Below are positions 1 to 11,801 of a DNA stretch of 32,000 nucleotides, piece by piece. The stretch comes from Longivirga aurantiaca (lineage in GTDB: Bacteria > Actinomycetota > Actinomycetes > S36-B12 > CAIYMF01), in the NCBI RefSeq assembly GCF_042660085.1, contig NZ_JBHSTI010000008.1, positions 2,175,604 through 2,207,603 on the forward strand, given 5' to 3'. The position numbers and the translations under genes were made by a program. Below the pieces are notes generated by a model, which was not told the DNA's origin, ran no database searches, and was given only the letters and a program-made list of their open reading frames with translations. Within the stretch, counting starts at the first letter, position 1. Each line of letters starts with the position of its first letter.

Positions 1-51
1 TTACAGCCGTCTCCAGCCTGGCACCGCCCGTTGGCGCGTGTCCTGCCGTAC

Positions 52-672
52 TCAGGAGCGGGTGACGGCAGCCTGGAGGTTCTTCCGGTGCCGGACGACG
101 ACGAGGATCGTGAGGAGCGCGGCGAAGACGACGTCGCTCGTCGGGTCATCGAACCACAGCGCCGCCGGCACGAGCATCAGGCAGCCGGCGACCGAGGCGA
201 GGCCGATGCGCCGCGTGATCGCCCACGCGATGCCGAACACCACGAGCACCGGGACCGCCCAGATCGGCTGCACGGCGAGGATCGCGCCGAACGACGTCGC
301 GACCCCCTTGCCGCCCTTGCCGCGCAGCAGCGGCGACGTCACGTGCCCGAGGACGGCGGCGAGCCCGGCGACGAGCGCCGGCACGTGCAGCCCGAACGCC
401 TCGAACCCAACGACCACGACGTACCCCTTGAGGATGTCGAGGACGCCGACGACGACACCGACCTTCCAGCCGAAGGCGCGGCCCGCGTTGGTGGCACCCG
501 GGTTCCCCGAGCCCACCGCGGAGAGGTCGGTGCCGCGCAGGCGGGCGATGCCCGTGGCCGGGTTCAGCATCCCGACGCAGTAGCCGATCACCGCGGCGAG
601 GAGCACGAGCAGCACCTGCACCATCGTGCTGCTCGACTCCCAGATGGCGGCGAGTCCGTCGTACGTCGGCAT
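52..672 (-). CDS. plsY: Glycerol-3-phosphate acyltransferase PlsY-like membrane protein
   Basis: C-terminal part of the 52..1797 minus ORF: MVQVLLVLLAAVIGYCVGMLNPATGIARLRGTDLSAVGSGNPGATNAGRAFG..., containing the PlsY-type GSGNPGATNA motif and LLRGKGGKGVATSFG. ATG at 670-672 overlaps the stop of the upstream gene; a later Met start is possible. Confidence 0.85.
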   Translation of the reverse strand: MPTYDGLAAIWESSSTMVQVLLVLLAAVIGYCVGMLNPATGIARLRGTDLSAVGSGNPGATNAGRAFGWKVGVVVGVLDILKGYVVVVGFEAFGLHVPALVAGLAAVLGHVTSPLLRGKGGKGVATSFGAILAVQPIWAVPVLVVFGIAWAITRRIGLASVAGCLMLVPAALWFDDPTSDVVFAALLTILVVVRHRKNLQAAVTRS

Positions 673-1520
673 CACGCCACGGGCCGCGGCGACACCGCGA
701 CGGCGACCATGCCCGGGCCGACGTGCGCGCCCACGACGGCGCCGACCTCGCTCACGAGGACGACCGAGTCGTCGAGGCGCGCGTGCAGCTTGGCTGCGAG
801 GGCGCTCGCACGCTCCGCGGCGTCGAGGTGGTGGACGGCGATGTCGCACGGACGGCCGTCCGCGCGCTCGACCACGATCTCCTCGAGCCGCGCGAGGGCG
901 CGGGACGACGTGCGCACCTTCTCCAGCGGGGCGACGCGACCGTCGATCAGCTCGAGGATCGGCTTGACCGCGAGCGCCTGGCCGAGCAGCGCCTGGGCGG
1001 CGCCGATGCGGCCGCCGCGGCGCAGGTAGTCGAGGGTGTCGACGTAGAACAGCGCGGACGACGCTCCAACCCGCGCGCGGACGACGTCGGCCACCTCCTG
1101 CAGCGAGCCGCCCGCCCCGGCTGCGCGCGCGCCGTCGAGCACGCCGAAGCCCATCGCCATCGCGACCGTGCGCGAGTCGACGACCTCGACCGGCACAGGG
1201 GCGTCGCGGGCGGCGAGCGTCGCCGAGTCGACCGTGCCGCTCATGTCCCCGGACAGGTGCACCGACACGATGCCGTCGGCACCGGCTGCCGCAGCAGCGG
1301 CGTACGCCTGGGCGAACCGCTCGGGCGAGGGCCGAGACGTGGTCACCACGCCCCAGCGCCGCAGCGCCGCGGCCACCTCGGTCGGCGTGATCTCCGTGCC
1401 CTCGTCGTACGCCGTGCCGTCGACGACGACCTGCACCGGCACGACCGTGATGCCGTGCGACGCGACGAGGTCGGCGGGCAGGTAGGCGGTCGAGTCGGTG
1501 ACGACCGCGACCCTGCCCAT
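672..1520 (-). CDS. DegV family (fatty-acid-binding) protein
   Basis: MGRVAVVTDSTAYLPADLVASHGITVVPVQVVVDGTAYDEGTEIT... is a typical DegV N-terminus. Stop overlaps the start of the plsY-like gene by 1 nt. Confidence 0.9.
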   Translation of the reverse strand: MGRVAVVTDSTAYLPADLVASHGITVVPVQVVVDGTAYDEGTEITPTEVAAALRRWGVVTTSRPSPERFAQAYAAAAAAGADGIVSVHLSGDMSGTVDSATLAARDAPVPVEVVDSRTVAMAMGFGVLDGARAAGAGGSLQEVADVVRARVGASSALFYVDTLDYLRRGGRIGAAQALLGQALAVKPILELIDGRVAPLEKVRTSSRALARLEEIVVERADGRPCDIAVHHLDAAERASALAAKLHARLDDSVVLVSEVGAVVGAHVGPGMVAVAVSPRPVA

Positions 1521-1529
1521 GCGCCGACC

Positions 1530-4022
<2,493 letters not shown>

Positions 4023-4063
4023 CGATGTCTCTCGTCAGCTCGTCATGGCCCCGGACAAGGAAA

Positions 4064-4085
4064 GACCCCTCACGCAGGAGGGGTC
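4064..4085 (-). promoter_or_regulatory. Hairpin 42 nt upstream of leuS; possible leader attenuator, or terminator of the upstream gene
   Basis: Perfect 8-bp inverted repeat GACCCCTC(4064-4071)/GAGGGGTC(4078-4085). On the minus strand it is followed by TTTCCTT. A second perfect repeat abuts it (4087-4096/4130-4139). Confidence 0.5.
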
Positions 4086-4224
4086 AGCCGCACCGGTGCC
4101 GCCGGCGGGGATGCCTAGCGGCTGTCGTTCCGGTGCGGCCCCGTAAGCAGGAGGCCGTTTCGCACCCGCTCAGGATAGCCGAGCCGGGCGTGCCTCCTCG
4201 CGCAGGATGGCCGCCGTGGCCAGG

Positions 4225-4842
4225 TCAGGACCTCGACCTACGGCGGAGCACGGCGACCACGAAGTCGGCGTCGTCGCGCCAGGGCCGCAGGTCCCACGTG
4301 GAGAACAGGTGCTCGACGTCGAACCCGGCGGTCGCAGCATCGTCCGCGAGGTGATCGGGCTCGTAGCCGCGACCGGTGGCGAAGCCGAGCACCGCGGGGC
4401 CGTCGTCGACCAGGTGCGCGGCGAGGCGCTCGAGCACGGCGCCCTCGGTGCCGGGTGCGACGAACACCATGACGTTGCCGGCCACGACCGCGCCGTGGAA
4501 CGGCTCGGTGTGGCCCTCGGCCGCGAGGTCGAGCTCGGTCAGGTCGGCCACGTGCCACGCGGGCCCGGCGTGGTCCTCGCGGGCGGCGGCGACGAGCACG
4601 GGGTCGGCGTCCACCCCGACGACCTCGTGGCCGCGGCGATGCAGCTCGGCGCCCACGCGCCCGGTGCCGCAGCCGGCGTCGAGCACCCGCGACCCCGGCG
4701 GCACGAGCGCGTCCAGGAGCCTCGCCTCGCCCGAGATATCGCGCCCCTCGGCGGCGTACGCGCGGAACGTGGCGACGTACTGCGCTGAGTGCTCGTCCGG
4801 TGTCTCGGTCGCCCAGCGGGTCGGCTCAGCCATGCGCTGCAC
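4225..4842 (-). CDS. Class I SAM-dependent methyltransferase
   Basis: VLDAGCGTGRVGAELHRRGHEVVGVDADPVLVAAARE is a SAM-binding motif I/II. Confidence 0.88.
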   Translation of the reverse strand: MQRMAEPTRWATETPDEHSAQYVATFRAYAAEGRDISGEARLLDALVPPGSRVLDAGCGTGRVGAELHRRGHEVVGVDADPVLVAAAREDHAGPAWHVADLTELDLAAEGHTEPFHGAVVAGNVMVFVAPGTEGAVLERLAAHLVDDGPAVLGFATGRGYEPDHLADDAATAGFDVEHLFSTWDLRPWRDDADFVVAVLRRRSRS

Positions 4843-4843
4843 G

Positions 4844-6112
4844 CTACCCGCGGGCGTCCCGGGCGGCGTACCAGCCGCGAAGACCCGTGGCGTCCTGCCC
4901 GTTGCGCAGCAGCGCGGCCATGACCTGCATGGGCTCGTCGACGTGCCGGAAGAACCGCTGGTAGCCCTCGCACAGGTAGTGCAGGCCCGGCTCGCCGTCC
5001 GGCGTCGTGAGGAACCGGTCCTTCGGGCAGCCGCCGTTGCAGGCGAACCGCACGTCGCAGGAGCGGCAGTACGCCGGCAGCGTGTCGAGCTTGGCGCGGC
5101 CGAACGCCTTCTGCTGCGGCGAGTCGACCATCTGCAGAAGCGTCCTGCCCTCGGCGATGTTGCCGAGCTTGTGCGCGGGCTCGACGTAGTGGTCGCAGGA
5201 GTAGAGGTCGCCGTTGTGCTCGAGCGCGAGCGCCTCGCCGCAGACCTGCGCGTGCACGCAGGCGCCGGTCTGGTGCATGCCGAGCCAGTGCGCGAGCGCG
5301 GTGTCGAAGACGGGCACGAAGACGTCGCCGACGTCCTTGCGCGCCCACTCGTCGAAGACCTCGACGAGGAACTGGCCGTACTGCGCGGCGCCGACCGACC
5401 GGGTCGTGACGAGGTCGCCCTCCTGCTTGTACAGCGGCCGGTCGCGCGCCCGCGAGCCCCAGCCCGCCTCCGCCAGGGGCAGCAGCTCCGGCGTCACCCG
5501 CTCGACGATGGGGATGAGCTGGATGTACTGCGCGCCCAGCTCGTCGCGCAGGAAGCGGTAGACCTCGAGCCCGTGGTCGGCGTTCGCGGCGTTGATGGTC
5601 GTGAGCGCGTTCCACTCGACGCCGTGCTTCTGCAGGGTGCGTAGCCCCGCGATCACCCGGTCGTACGTCGGCTTCCCGCCCTTGTCGACGCGGTAGGCGT
5701 CGTGCATCTCGCGCGGTCCGTCGATCGACACCCCGACGAGGAACCCCTGCTCGGCGAAGAACGCGGCCATCTCGTCGTCGACGAGGGTGGCGTTGGTCTG
5801 CACCGTGTTGAGCACGTGCTGGCCCGGCACGGCGTACCGGCGCTCGAGCTCGACGACCCGACGGAAGAAGTCGGTGCCCATGAGCGTGGGCTCGCCGCCC
5901 TGGAACGCGACCACGACCTCGTCAGCACCCCGGTGCGCGGCGAGCAGCTGCGTGACGTAGGCCTCGAGCACCTCGTCGGGCATCCGGAACTCGCTTCCGG
6001 GGTACAGCGACTCCTTGGACAGGAAGAAGCAGTAGTCGCAGTCGAGGTTGCAGATCGCGCCCGTCGGCTTGCTCATCACGTGGAAGACACGCGGAGCCTG
6101 CGGACCGGTCAT
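4844..6112 (-). CDS. Anaerobic sulfatase maturase, radical SAM/SPASM (anSME-like)
   Basis: CNLDCDYC radical SAM motif; QGGEPTLMG; C-terminal CRSCDVRFACNGGCPKDRF...C SPASM cluster ligands; adjacent to a sulfatase gene. Confidence 0.93.
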   Translation of the reverse strand: MTGPQAPRVFHVMSKPTGAICNLDCDYCFFLSKESLYPGSEFRMPDEVLEAYVTQLLAAHRGADEVVVAFQGGEPTLMGTDFFRRVVELERRYAVPGQHVLNTVQTNATLVDDEMAAFFAEQGFLVGVSIDGPREMHDAYRVDKGGKPTYDRVIAGLRTLQKHGVEWNALTTINAANADHGLEVYRFLRDELGAQYIQLIPIVERVTPELLPLAEAGWGSRARDRPLYKQEGDLVTTRSVGAAQYGQFLVEVFDEWARKDVGDVFVPVFDTALAHWLGMHQTGACVHAQVCGEALALEHNGDLYSCDHYVEPAHKLGNIAEGRTLLQMVDSPQQKAFGRAKLDTLPAYCRSCDVRFACNGGCPKDRFLTTPDGEPGLHYLCEGYQRFFRHVDEPMQVMAALLRNGQDATGLRGWYAARDARG

Positions 6113-6152
6113 CGACCCCCCTCCCCTGCGGGCAGCGCCCGGCGTCCGTCGC

Positions 6153-8504
6153 TCAGTCGAGCATGAACCACCCTCTCACCTCGGCCTCGTGGTCTCGGTA
6201 CGGCGTACCGCTGAGGTCGATGACCACGCGGTCGATCGTGCCGCCGGTGAACCGGAACGGTGCGACGTACGCGCGGGTCACCGGGGATCCGTCGTCGCGG
6301 CCGACGCAGTGCCCGTCCCCCGTCGCGTTGAAGAAGCCCGGCTGTGTCACGAGCGGTGACGTGCCGACCTCCTCGCCGTCGACGTACAGCCGCAGCGTCC
6401 CGGCCGCGCCGGGGCGCGGTGGGGCGCTCTTGCCCTCGGCACTGAACTCGGCGGTGAAGACGTGCGCCCCCGGCGTGATCGCGCGATCGGCCACCACCGT
6501 GGTCGTCTCTATGTCCAGCCAGTTGTAGGCGTAGGCCAGGCGGCCGCCCTGCACGTAGAGGCTGTGGCCCCCGGACACCCCGCCGTGGGCGTAGAGCACG
6601 CCCTCGGCGTCCGCGGATTCGAGCGTCACGCCGGCAGACACCGTGTACGAACGGCCGGGCAACCGGGGACCCGACAGCTCGGGCACCGGCGCCGTGTCCG
6701 GGTAGAACACGTAGCGGTCGCGCGGGGGCGCGCCCGACGGCCGCGGCGACAGCGTCTGCTCGAGCGCGTTGCGGTCGTCGAGGGGCAGGCCGTGGTACTG
6801 GTCGGCGAGCTCGAACCACCGTGCGACGAGCTCCTGAACCTTCTCCGGGTGCTCGGCCGCGACGTTGCGGGCCTGCGCCCGGTCCTCCGCGACGTGGTAG
6901 AGCTCCCACTCGTCTTCCTCGAACTTGCCCCAGCCCGACAGCGGCGGGTGCAGGGTGCACGCCAGCCAGCCGTCCTCGTAGACCGAGCGCTGGCCGAGCA
7001 TGGCGTAGAACTGCGTCGACTTCGCCGGCGCTGCCGGGTCGGTGAGCGCTGCGGCGAAGCTCTCGCCCTCGAGGGGCGACTGCGTGTACCCGGCCACCTC
7101 CGCCGGCGGCTCGAGCCCGATGAGGTCGTAGATCGTGGGGACGACGTCGACCGCGTGGACGTACTGCTGGCGCGGCACGGAGTCGGCGGGGATCCGCGCG
7201 GGCCAGGACACGATGCACATGTCGGCGATGCCGCCCTCGTACCCCGCCCACCGCTTCCAGTAGGGGAACGGGGTGTCGAAGGCCCAGGCCCATCCGGTGT
7301 TGTAGTGGTTGTGCGTCTCCGGGCCGCCGAGCTCGTCGATGTGCTGCAGCGACAGCTCGGTCGGCGTGGCGACGCCGTTGAAGAACTGCCACTCGTTGTA
7401 CGTCCCGTTGGGGCCGCCCTCGCCGCTGGCGCCGTTGTCGCTGACCACGACGACGATCGTGTTGTCGAGCTGCCCGCTCTCCTCGAGGAAGTCCAGCAGA
7501 CGGCCGACCTGGCTGTCGGTGTACTCGACGTAGCCCGCGAAGACCTCGGCCATGCGGACGAAGAGGCGCTTCTCGTCGTCGCTCAGGGTCGCCCACGGGC
7601 GGACGGTGTCGAGGAGCGGCCAGGGCTGCCCGTCGGGGCCGGTCCGCATCGGCTCGCCGTGCGGGTTGATGGGCGAGAGCTCGGTGCCCTCAGGAAGGAG
7701 CCCCAGCTCGACCTGGCGGGCGAGGATCCCCTCGCGGATGGCCTCGTAGCCCTCGTCGAAGACGCCCTTGTAGCGGTCCGCCCACTCCGGCCACACGTGG
7801 TGCGGGGCGTGCGCCGCGTCCAGCGAGAAGTACAGGAACCAGGGCTTGTCCGGGTCGATGGTGGTGGAGTCCTTGATGAACTCGATCGACCTGTCGGTGA
7901 GGTCCCAGGCGATGTGATAGCCCTCGGCCGGCGTCGACGGCGGCTCGACCGGGTGGTTGTCGTGCACGAGGTCGGGGAACCAGCTGCTCGCCTCACCGCC
8001 GAGGAAGCCGTAGAAGCGCTCGAACCCGCGGCCCAGGGGCCAGCGGCGCTTCCACGCGCTCATACCCGTCTCCTCGCCGGGGGTCAGGTGCCACTTGCCC
8101 ACGCAGTACGTGTTGTAGCCCTGCTCGACGAGCACCTCGGAGATGAGCCCGTTCTCGAACGGGATGCGTGTGGAGATGCCGGGGAATCCGGAGCTGAACT
8201 CGGCGATGGTCGCCATGCCGTTGCTCGTGGCGTTGCGGCCCGTGAGCAGGGAGGCTCGCGTCGGCGAGCACAGGGCGGTCGTGTGGAAGTTGGCGAGCTT
8301 CACGCCCCGCTCTGCGATGCGGGTCATCGCCGGGGTGCGCACGGGGCCGCCGAAGGACTCCATCGTCCCGTAGCCCACGTCGTCCCAGCAGATGACCAGG
8401 ACGTTGGGCGAACCCTTCGGCGCCTGCGGCGCCAGGAACGGGGCCCAGTCCGGCTCGGCGTCCCTGATGTCGAGAGCGACCTTCCCCTTCCACTCCACGG
8501 CCAT
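6153..8504 (-). CDS. Arylsulfatase (Cys-type, PF00884-like), no apparent signal peptide
   Basis: MAVEWKGKVALDIRDAEP... NVLVICWDDVGYG ... CSPTRASLLTGR (C-x-P-x-R formylglycine motif, Cys codon at 8268-8270). RBS-like GGAAGGGG lies upstream of ATG 8502-8504; the listed ORF extends to 8555. Confidence 0.93.
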   Translation of the reverse strand: MAVEWKGKVALDIRDAEPDWAPFLAPQAPKGSPNVLVICWDDVGYGTMESFGGPVRTPAMTRIAERGVKLANFHTTALCSPTRASLLTGRNATSNGMATIAEFSSGFPGISTRIPFENGLISEVLVEQGYNTYCVGKWHLTPGEETGMSAWKRRWPLGRGFERFYGFLGGEASSWFPDLVHDNHPVEPPSTPAEGYHIAWDLTDRSIEFIKDSTTIDPDKPWFLYFSLDAAHAPHHVWPEWADRYKGVFDEGYEAIREGILARQVELGLLPEGTELSPINPHGEPMRTGPDGQPWPLLDTVRPWATLSDDEKRLFVRMAEVFAGYVEYTDSQVGRLLDFLEESGQLDNTIVVVVSDNGASGEGGPNGTYNEWQFFNGVATPTELSLQHIDELGGPETHNHYNTGWAWAFDTPFPYWKRWAGYEGGIADMCIVSWPARIPADSVPRQQYVHAVDVVPTIYDLIGLEPPAEVAGYTQSPLEGESFAAALTDPAAPAKSTQFYAMLGQRSVYEDGWLACTLHPPLSGWGKFEEDEWELYHVAEDRAQARNVAAEHPEKVQELVARWFELADQYHGLPLDDRNALEQTLSPRPSGAPPRDRYVFYPDTAPVPELSGPRLPGRSYTVSAGVTLESADAEGVLYAHGGVSGGHSLYVQGGRLAYAYNWLDIETTTVVADRAITPGAHVFTAEFSAEGKSAPPRPGAAGTLRLYVDGEEVGTSPLVTQPGFFNATGDGHCVGRDDGSPVTRAYVAPFRFTGGTIDRVVIDLSGTPYRDHEAEVRGWFMLD

Positions 8505-8637
8505 CGTGCATCCCCTTCCAGGTCCCCGGCGCGGAATCGCCCTGCCGCGCACCACCGCCTCGCCGAAGGCGCGCAGATAGCCCGAACCTAGCCACCGCCC
8601 GGCAGCGAAGGGCCGTCAACGGGAAGATCCGCGGCGA

Positions 8638-9369
8638 TCAGGCCCAGCGCGCGGCGAGCTCCGCCGCGAGCGCGCGGCCGATGGCGTCGTGGACCTCCCA
8701 GCCCCAGTGCATGCCGTCAGGGTTGCCGGTGCCCGCTGCCAGGGACGGCGCCACGATCGCGTCGAGCTCGACGAGGCCGGTGCCGTGGGCGGCCGACCAC
8801 CGACGGGCGGCCGAGACCGCCGGGTCGTGCTGGCGGTGCGAGGGGTACGACGGCGCCGCGTGCGGCGACGGCCCGAGCAGCACGACCGGGATGTCGGGCC
8901 GGTAGTGGTGCACGCCGTCGACGATGCGCCCGAGGTAGTGGTCGGTCGCGGCCTGCGGCAGCTGCCGAAGGCGTCCGTCGGTCGCGCGGATCACCCACGG
9001 CGCCGCCGCGTTGTACGCCGTACGCACCCGCCGGCGCAGCGATCCCGGGCGCACGAACGGGATGCCCTCGCGGAGGTACGTCGGCAGCGCCGCCGGGAGG
9101 TGGTCCATCTGCCCGACGCCGAGCACGAGCGCGTCGGCGCGTGGCATGAGCTCGCCCCAGGTGTTCGGGTCCTTGGTCAGCGACCACCACGCGTCGCGCG
9201 CCGTCCAGCCCAGGCGGGCCACGAGATCGGCGCGCACGTCCTCGCGGAGAGCCTCGGTGAGCGCAGCTGCCATCACCTGCGGGTACAGCCGCGGGTCGCT
9301 CGGCCGGTGCGCCTGGTCGGGGCCGTGGAACGCCAGCGAGTCGCCGAACACCAGGACGTGCCGCATCAT
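8638..9369 (-). CDS. SGNH/GDSL-type hydrolase
   Basis: VLVFGDSLAFHGPD (block I GDS), VLGVGQMD, C-terminal DGMHWGWEVHDAI (DxxH). Confidence 0.8.
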   Translation of the reverse strand: MMRHVLVFGDSLAFHGPDQAHRPSDPRLYPQVMAAALTEALREDVRADLVARLGWTARDAWWSLTKDPNTWGELMPRADALVLGVGQMDHLPAALPTYLREGIPFVRPGSLRRRVRTAYNAAAPWVIRATDGRLRQLPQAATDHYLGRIVDGVHHYRPDIPVVLLGPSPHAAPSYPSHRQHDPAVSAARRWSAAHGTGLVELDAIVAPSLAAGTGNPDGMHWGWEVHDAIGRALAAELAARWA

Positions 9370-9373
9370 CGGC

Positions 9374-10732
9374 TCACTGGCCCAGCTCGGTGAGCACGGC
9401 GTCGAGCTCGGTCACGAAGCGGTCGGCGTCCTCGATCGAGAAGCAGAGCGGCGGCCGGATCTTCAACGCGTCGTTGTAGATGCCGGCGGTGCCGACGAGC
9501 ACGTGGTGCTCCTTCAGCCCGTTGACGACGGCGAGCGTGAGATCCTCGGCCGCAGCGTACGACTCGAGGCCGAACTCGAGCGCGACGAACAGTCCGGCAC
9601 CGCGGACGTCGCTGATGGCGAGGTGCTGCGACTGCAGCGCGCGCAAGGACTCCTGCAGGTGCGCGCCGACGACGCGCGCGTTGTCCTGCAGCCCCTCGTC
9701 GCGCACGATGTCGAGCACCGCCTGCGCGGCGGCGATGGCGACGGCGTTGCCGCCGAAGGTGTTGAAGTAGCGCATGTCACGGCCGAACTCGGCGACGACC
9801 TCGGGGGTCAGCACGGTGGCCGCGACCGGGAACCCGTTCCCCATCGGCTTGCCGATCGTCATGACGTCCGGCACGAACGGCGAGGCGGCGGTCCCGTGCC
9901 GCTCGAAGCCCCACATCGCATCGCCCGTGCGGCCGAACCCCGGCTGCACCTCGTCGGCGAGGTAGACGCCGCCCGCGGCCGCGACGACGGCGCGCGCCGG
10001 CGCGAGGAAGCCGACGGGGTCGGCGAGCACGCCGTCCGAGGCGAAGATCGAGTCGGCGACGAACGCGGCGAACCGCACCCCGTTCGCCGCGAGGTCGTCG
10101 ATTCCCGCCTGCACCTGCGCGGCGAACCACTCCCCCAGTGACGCGTAGCCCGACCAGTCGACGCGGCGCGGGTCCGGCGCCGGCACCCACCGCACCCAGT
10201 CCGGCAGCGCATCGACCCCCACGAGCGACGGCGAGATCGACGCGATCTCGGTCGAGACGCCGTGGTACGCGTTGCGCGTCACGATCACGCCCGTGCCGCC
10301 CGTGTGCTTCTTGGCGATCCGCAGGGCGAGGTCGTTCGCCTCGGAGCCGGTGCACGTGAAGACCACGTGCCCGAGCTCGTCGGGCAGCGTCGAGAGCAGG
10401 TCCTCGGCGTAGCGCACGATCGACTCGTGGAGGTAGCGCGTGTGGGTGCTCAGCACGGCGGCCTGCTCGGCGATCGCAGCAGTCACCCGCGGATGCGCGT
10501 GCCCGACCGAGGGCACGTTGTTGTACGTGTCGAGGTACTCCACGCCGTCGACGTCGTACAGCTTCGTGCCCGAGCCGCGCACGATGTGCAGCGGCCGGCG
10601 GTAGAAGAGCCGGTACGACGGGCCGAGCGCGTCGATGCGGCGGCGCACGAGATCACCGGTGACCGGGTCGAGCCGGTCGACGTCCTTCGGATCGAAGTAG
10701 GACGAGGGGCCGATCGTCCTGGGCTCGCTCAT
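9374..10732 (-). CDS. Class-III aminotransferase-fold PLP enzyme, resembling ETNPPL/PHYKPL phospho-lyases
   Basis: MSEPRTIGPSSYFDPKD... YLDTYNNVPSVGHAHP, RYLHESIVRYAEDLLSTLPDEL, GSEANDLALRIA, ADEVQPGFGRTG, TIGKPMGNGFPVA, YFNTFGGN. Start ATG at 10732. Confidence 0.85.
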   Translation of the reverse strand: MSEPRTIGPSSYFDPKDVDRLDPVTGDLVRRRIDALGPSYRLFYRRPLHIVRGSGTKLYDVDGVEYLDTYNNVPSVGHAHPRVTAAIAEQAAVLSTHTRYLHESIVRYAEDLLSTLPDELGHVVFTCTGSEANDLALRIAKKHTGGTGVIVTRNAYHGVSTEIASISPSLVGVDALPDWVRWVPAPDPRRVDWSGYASLGEWFAAQVQAGIDDLAANGVRFAAFVADSIFASDGVLADPVGFLAPARAVVAAAGGVYLADEVQPGFGRTGDAMWGFERHGTAASPFVPDVMTIGKPMGNGFPVAATVLTPEVVAEFGRDMRYFNTFGGNAVAIAAAQAVLDIVRDEGLQDNARVVGAHLQESLRALQSQHLAISDVRGAGLFVALEFGLESYAAAEDLTLAVVNGLKEHHVLVGTAGIYNDALKIRPPLCFSIEDADRFVTELDAVLTELGQ

Positions 10733-11784
10733 GACTCCCCCTGACCCGGGTTCGGCGGCTCGGCAGCGACGAGACGGCGCAGTGCTGCGATCGCGTGGCC
10801 GTTGGCACGCAGCGTGTGGTGGGCGTTGTCGGGGTTGGTCGCGGCGAGCCATGAGTTCACGAGCATCCGCTGCGCCATCCGCGCCCGCACCAGGTGCGGC
10901 AGCAGGTCGATCTCGTCGGCGGTCAGCGGGCGGGTGCTCACGTAGCCGTCCGCGAGGTCGTACGCCGGACGCCACGGGTCGACAGCCGGATCCGCGAGGG
11001 CCTCCACCGAGGGGACGGCGTAGGCCATGGCGACGGCGAGGTCGGCCACCACCGCGGTGCTCACCATGTCGCCGAAGTCGAGGATGCCGCTGACCCAGCC
11101 CTCGTCGTCGACGACGACGTTGTCCATGTTGGCGTCGTTGTGCACCACCTGGTGCCGCACGCGCGCGAGTCCAGGCTCCGTCACGGTGGCGTACCGGTCG
11201 AGCTCGGCCTCGACATCAGCGCGGGCCTCGGCGTCGTCGATGTGCGCCAGGTGCGGTCGCAGGGTCGCGAGCCTCTGCAGGTCCCACGCCAGCACCCGGT
11301 CGGCGCCGGGGTGCGAGAACCGCTCGAGCGCCTGCGACAGCCGGCCGATGGCGGCGCCGACTGCGCGACGCTGCTCGGGCGTCGTCCGGTCGTAGTCGAG
11401 CGTGCGGCCCGGCAGGAACGACAGCACGCGCACGAGCCGGGGCTCGCCGTCGGCGCCGTCGATCCAGGACGACGCCGAGCCGTCGCGGTCGAGCACCACC
11501 CGGGGCACGGGGAAGCCGGGGTCCACGGCCGCGACGTGCTGGAGCGCCGCGAGCTGCATCGCGATGACATCGAGGTCGTCGGCGGGGTTCGCGATCTTCA
11601 GCACGTACCGCTGCTCACCGACCGAGACGCGGAACGTGTCGTCGCGCTCGGTGTCGAACCGACGGATACCCGTGACCTGCAGGCCGTAGCGCTCGATCGC
11701 CAGGTCGGCGGCGCGCTCGACGCCGAGAGGCGTGAACGTCGCGGTGATCGCGTCGTCGGTGCGCAGCTCGTCCACGCGCCGCAC
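10729..11784 (-). CDS. Phosphotransferase/APH family kinase, hydroxylysine-kinase-like
   Basis: RYVLKIANP, VVHNDANMDNVVVDDEGWVSGILDFGDMVSTAVVADLAVAMAYA (Brenner-type HxDxxxxN and DFGD motifs). ATGA overlap with the downstream PLP enzyme. Confidence 0.82.
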   Translation of the reverse strand: MRRVDELRTDDAITATFTPLGVERAADLAIERYGLQVTGIRRFDTERDDTFRVSVGEQRYVLKIANPADDLDVIAMQLAALQHVAAVDPGFPVPRVVLDRDGSASSWIDGADGEPRLVRVLSFLPGRTLDYDRTTPEQRRAVGAAIGRLSQALERFSHPGADRVLAWDLQRLATLRPHLAHIDDAEARADVEAELDRYATVTEPGLARVRHQVVHNDANMDNVVVDDEGWVSGILDFGDMVSTAVVADLAVAMAYAVPSVEALADPAVDPWRPAYDLADGYVSTRPLTADEIDLLPHLVRARMAQRMLVNSWLAATNPDNAHHTLRANGHAIAALRRLVAAEPPNPGQGES

Positions 11785-11801
11785 GCTATCCGACGCCCGG
11801 A

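Noticed and set aside
4087-4139. T-box riboswitch upstream of leuS
   Set aside because: GGCGGCACCGGTGCGG loosely resembles the T-box GGTGGNACCGCGG sequence but does not match it; no AG-bulge stem I organisation could be recognised by eye.
8505-8555. 17-aa N-terminal extension of the first sulfatase (MVRGRAIPRRGPGRGCT)
   Set aside because: Arg-rich with no conservation signature; a good RBS (GGAAGGGG) precedes the ATG at 8504.
6462-8591. 709-aa plus-strand ORF opposite the sulfatase
   Set aside because: Antisense shadow of a clear sulfatase with a CSPTR motif; no recognisable domain.
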